From: Methanothermococcus sp. SCGC AD-155-E23
GTDB taxonomy: Archaea > AGJL01 > Methanococci > Methanococcales > Methanococcaceae
DNA length: 40,543 bases
Assembly: GCA_019561615.1 (NCBI GenBank)
Contig: JAHEQA010000037.1
Location: 1 to 40,543 of the forward strand
Reading direction: 5' to 3'
Positions 38,097 to 40,543 of the stretch are shown piece after piece. Position 1 is the first letter of the stretch; every line of letters starts with the position of its first letter. The translations under genes and the position numbers were made by a program. The notes below the pieces were generated by a model. It did not search any database, had not been told where the DNA came from, and was given only the letters and a program-made list of their open reading frames with translations.

Positions 38097-39907
38097 GGCC
38101 TCTCTATCCTCACAGCCTCTCCATTCCTCCACTCTACGAAGATTGGCTCCCCTGGGAGGTCATCCAAGGTCTTGAAGTACTCCACTGCAGCCTTTGTACC
38201 CCATCTGTCAGAACCTGCCAGGAGTACTACTGTGTGACCGTTTATCTTCGTTACCTGTATAACCCCTCTATTCTTTCCTGGGTACTCGTTGGTTACCCTC
38301 ACTGGGAAGGCTCCCAGCTCCATGTACTTCCTCACTGTTGGATTTGCAACTGGACCTCCTATGAGGATACAGTCTTCCCTTATCTCTATGGGCGTCTTTA
38401 TCAACTCAACCTCTGATTTCAAATCCCTGGCAGAGAGGTCGAGATCTATCTCTGAACCTAGGATAACCCTTGCCTTAAGTACAAACTCCCTTATCTTCTC
38501 TGACTTGATGTCCTCTGAAACTATTATATAATGATCAAGGGTCTCTATTAGTGGATATTGGTCTCGATAGTACCAGTCTACTCTGTAGTATGTATCTCCA
38601 ATACCATCTCCATCCCTATCCTTTCCCCTATAGTCATACCAGTAGTTCCCCAGATAACTGGTATGTGGGATACCCCTGTAGCTGTAGGTTATCCTCTCAG
38701 GTGAGTGCCAGCTGTTGTTTTCTGAGTAGTAGGAATAGGCATTTTGACTGTTATTTATAAAGTTGTTTAGGTAGATCCTGTTGTCCTGAGAGTTAATGAG
38801 GTAGACACCCCACTTACTGCCTTGGATGGTGTTATACCTCACAGTGTTCTCATCCCCATACCAGAGGGAGACACCTATGTTATTCCCCTCTATACCATTA
38901 CCCTCTATCTCCACCCTTGTAGAGTAATCTAATTTAACACCTATCCAGTTATCCTCGATGAAGTTACCCCTGAGGGTACTGTTGTAGGAGTGCCAGAGGT
39001 GAATACCTCTCTCACCCCCTCCCCCCATACTGTTCCCCTCTATAAGACAATTCTCTGAATACCAGAGATAGATGCCGTTACCACTGTTCCAAAATCTATT
39101 ATCCCTCACCAGGATATTGGAGGAGTAGACAACTGTAACACCAACATCCACGTTACTTATATTGAGGTTTTCAACTCTCATATTACTACAGTTTAAAAGG
39201 ATCAGCTGTCCAGCATCTTCTGGGGCATGTCCCCCTACTTTATTCCTGAGATAGTAGAGAGGTCTACCGTTAACAGTGTTATTCTCTATACTATGGATCC
39301 AGTGTTCCACCTTCCAGCCTTCAATAAGTATACTGTTGTTGACAAAGATGTTGTTCACTATACTGTTGTTCCCAGAATAGAGTAGATATACACCTCTACC
39401 GTTGTTCACTATACTGTTGTTCTCCAGGAGGTTGTCCTCAGAGTACTCTAGTTTTACACCCCTCCACTTGTTGTTCACCACGGTATTGTTAGCTATAACA
39501 TTCCCCTCTGAGTGTTGGAGATAGATCCCCACGGAGTTATTCAATATATGATTGTTTCTTATAATGTTGTTGTTGGACTTCACCATAATTCCTGCAGAGT
39601 AGTTATTGGAGTTTTTAACTGTGAACCCCTCAATAACAACACCATCTGCCTTAACCACTATTACATCTCCAGACCCCTCCACATCGATGGTACATCTCTC
39701 AGGTCCATTTTTAGACCTTAAAGTTATAGGTTTGTCAATGACGATCCTCTCGTAATAGGTGCCATCTCCAACAACTATTACATCTCCAGGATTGGCAGCA
39801 TCTACAGCCTTCTGAATTGTAAAATACTTGCCAGGGATGTATATAGTACCTCCATAGATGGAAGTAACACCTAAAAATAGAAAGAGTATAAGAAGTATCC
39901 TTCTCAT
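38093..39907 (-). CDS. Secreted right-handed beta-helix (NosD/CASH-type) surface protein with S-layer-like C-terminal domain
   Basis: Signal peptide MRRILLILFLFLG, TIQKAVDAA..GD.I.V..GTY.E, many GxxLxxSxxNxIxxN repeats, GNYW.DY...DGDGIGD, C-terminal LIGGPVANP...LAGSDRWGTKAA. Confidence 0.85.
   Translation of the reverse strand: MRRILLILFLFLGVTSIYGGTIYIPGKYFTIQKAVDAANPGDVIVVGDGTYYERIVIDKPITLRSKNGPERCTIDVEGSGDVIVVKADGVVIEGFTVKNSNNYSAGIMVKSNNNIIRNNHILNNSVGIYLQHSEGNVIANNTVVNNKWRGVKLEYSEDNLLENNSIVNNGRGVYLLYSGNNSIVNNIFVNNSILIEGWKVEHWIHSIENNTVNGRPLYYLRNKVGGHAPEDAGQLILLNCSNMRVENLNISNVDVGVTVVYSSNILVRDNRFWNSGNGIYLWYSENCLIEGNSMGGGGERGIHLWHSYNSTLRGNFIEDNWIGVKLDYSTRVEIEGNGIEGNNIGVSLWYGDENTVRYNTIQGSKWGVYLINSQDNRIYLNNFINNSQNAYSYYSENNSWHSPERITYSYRGIPHTSYLGNYWYDYRGKDRDGDGIGDTYYRVDWYYRDQYPLIETLDHYIIVSEDIKSEKIREFVLKARVILGSEIDLDLSARDLKSEVELIKTPIEIREDCILIGGPVANPTVRKYMELGAFPVRVTNEYPGKNRGVIQVTKINGHTVVLLAGSDRWGTKAAVEYFKTLDDLPGEPIFVEWRNGEAVRIERP
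39350..39422. repeat. Exact 22-bp direct repeat inside the beta-helix gene
   Basis: GTTGTTCACTATACTGTTGTTC at 39350-39371 and 39401-39422, encoding NNSIVNN twice. Confidence 0.85.
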
Positions 39908-39933
39908 TATCTCACCTTAAAGTTTTATAATAA

Positions 39934-40543
39934 CTACTTCCTCTCCCCAACCCCTACAACTATCCTGTTCCTGCCACACTTACCCTTGGCTATGGAGTAA
40001 AGTTCTATGTTCTTCCTCCTGGCGTACTCCTCCACCTTCTTCCTACCACTGTCGTAGGACTTCTCACCAAAGGATATCACCACCAGGGTATCCCCTATCT
40101 CCCTGGAGCCAAGTACTGGCCTCTTAACCTTCAACCTCCCCAACTCCTCTATACCCTCCAGGTGGGTAACTATACCGTAGGCGTCCTCAACAAAGGGGAA
40201 GTCTTGGAGATACTTAACGATAAAGTCTATGTTATCCTCCCTCTCCTGACCGTACCCCTTTAACTTCACATCGTAGTAGTTCAACCTCCCCTCAAGGTAG
40301 TCCTTTATTACTGTCTTCGCAGTTCTTTCCATGTCCACCTCCCCACCCTTCTCCAGGTAATTCAACTTCCTCCCTATCTCCCTAAGGGTATCCTCCTCTA
40401 TTGGCGCCTCACCAACATCCACCCTGTAAAGTCTCTTAATGGCATCCTTGTTAAGGGCATGGATACTTCTAAGTATCTCCACTGCAGGGGCCACTGGATC
40501 CCTTATCTTCTCATACCTTATAGCCCCAAGCATCACCAACTCA
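39934..40543 (-). CDS. C-terminal part of an RbgA/YlqF-family ribosome biogenesis GTPase (5' end outside the window)
   Basis: Frame open to the window edge; LGAIR.EK..DPV.PA, IGRKLNYL.KGGEVD.ERTA..VIKDY..GRL. Confidence 0.78.
   Translation of the reverse strand, partial: ELVMLGAIRYEKIRDPVAPAVEILRSIHALNKDAIKRLYRVDVGEAPIEEDTLREIGRKLNYLEKGGEVDMERTAKTVIKDYLEGRLNYYDVKLKGYGQEREDNIDFIVKYLQDFPFVEDAYGIVTHLEGIEELGRLKVKRPVLGSREIGDTLVVISFGEKSYDSGRKKVEEYARRKNIELYSIAKGKCGRNRIVVGVGERK

Noticed and set aside
372-39721. Numerous 60-140 aa antisense or alternative-frame ORFs in the track (e.g. 4009-4422, 5161-5583, 27384-27803, 29609-30028)
   Set aside because: Fully overlap well-supported genes, have Ser/Pro/Leu-rich shadow composition, and lack recognisable motifs.
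38093-39907. AAC-rich repeats suggesting a diversity-generating retroelement target or CRISPR-like array
   Set aside because: No reverse transcriptase, no template/variable repeat pair differing at adenines, no regular spacers; the repeats are in-frame beta-helix coils.

Overview
Densely coded archaeal housekeeping region from a thermophilic methanogen of the Methanococcales. This assignment rests on methanogenesis markers 2 and 14, an Ehb-type hydrogenase large subunit, the epd pilus/tfb gene order, GGTGA Shine-Dalgarno sites and AGG/AGA Arg codons. About 43 CDS are supported: type IV pilus assembly genes, tfb, gar1, nurA, mre11, rnz, gatB, pcm, tetraether synthase (tes), polB, leuB, cbiMNQ, taw3, an AGOG glycosylase, a secreted beta-helix protein, and a GTPase cut off by the window end. 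I see no rRNA, tRNA, CRISPR, transposase, integrase, reverse transcriptase or defence island. The only mobile-type element is a 189-aa Ala-initiated (class 2, KlbA-type) mini-intein in the pilus ATPase. I do not see a clearly new multi-gene system. The best leads are two downstream cistrons that appear to start at AUA, a back-to-back promoter pair sharing one BRE palindrome upstream of gar1-tfb, a thioredoxin-CGGC-tes run, mre11 and cbiMNQ separated from their usual partners, and extreme compaction of convergent gene ends. All family assignments come from motif recognition and recall, not database searches. Many starts were moved from the ORF track to the SD-supported codon.
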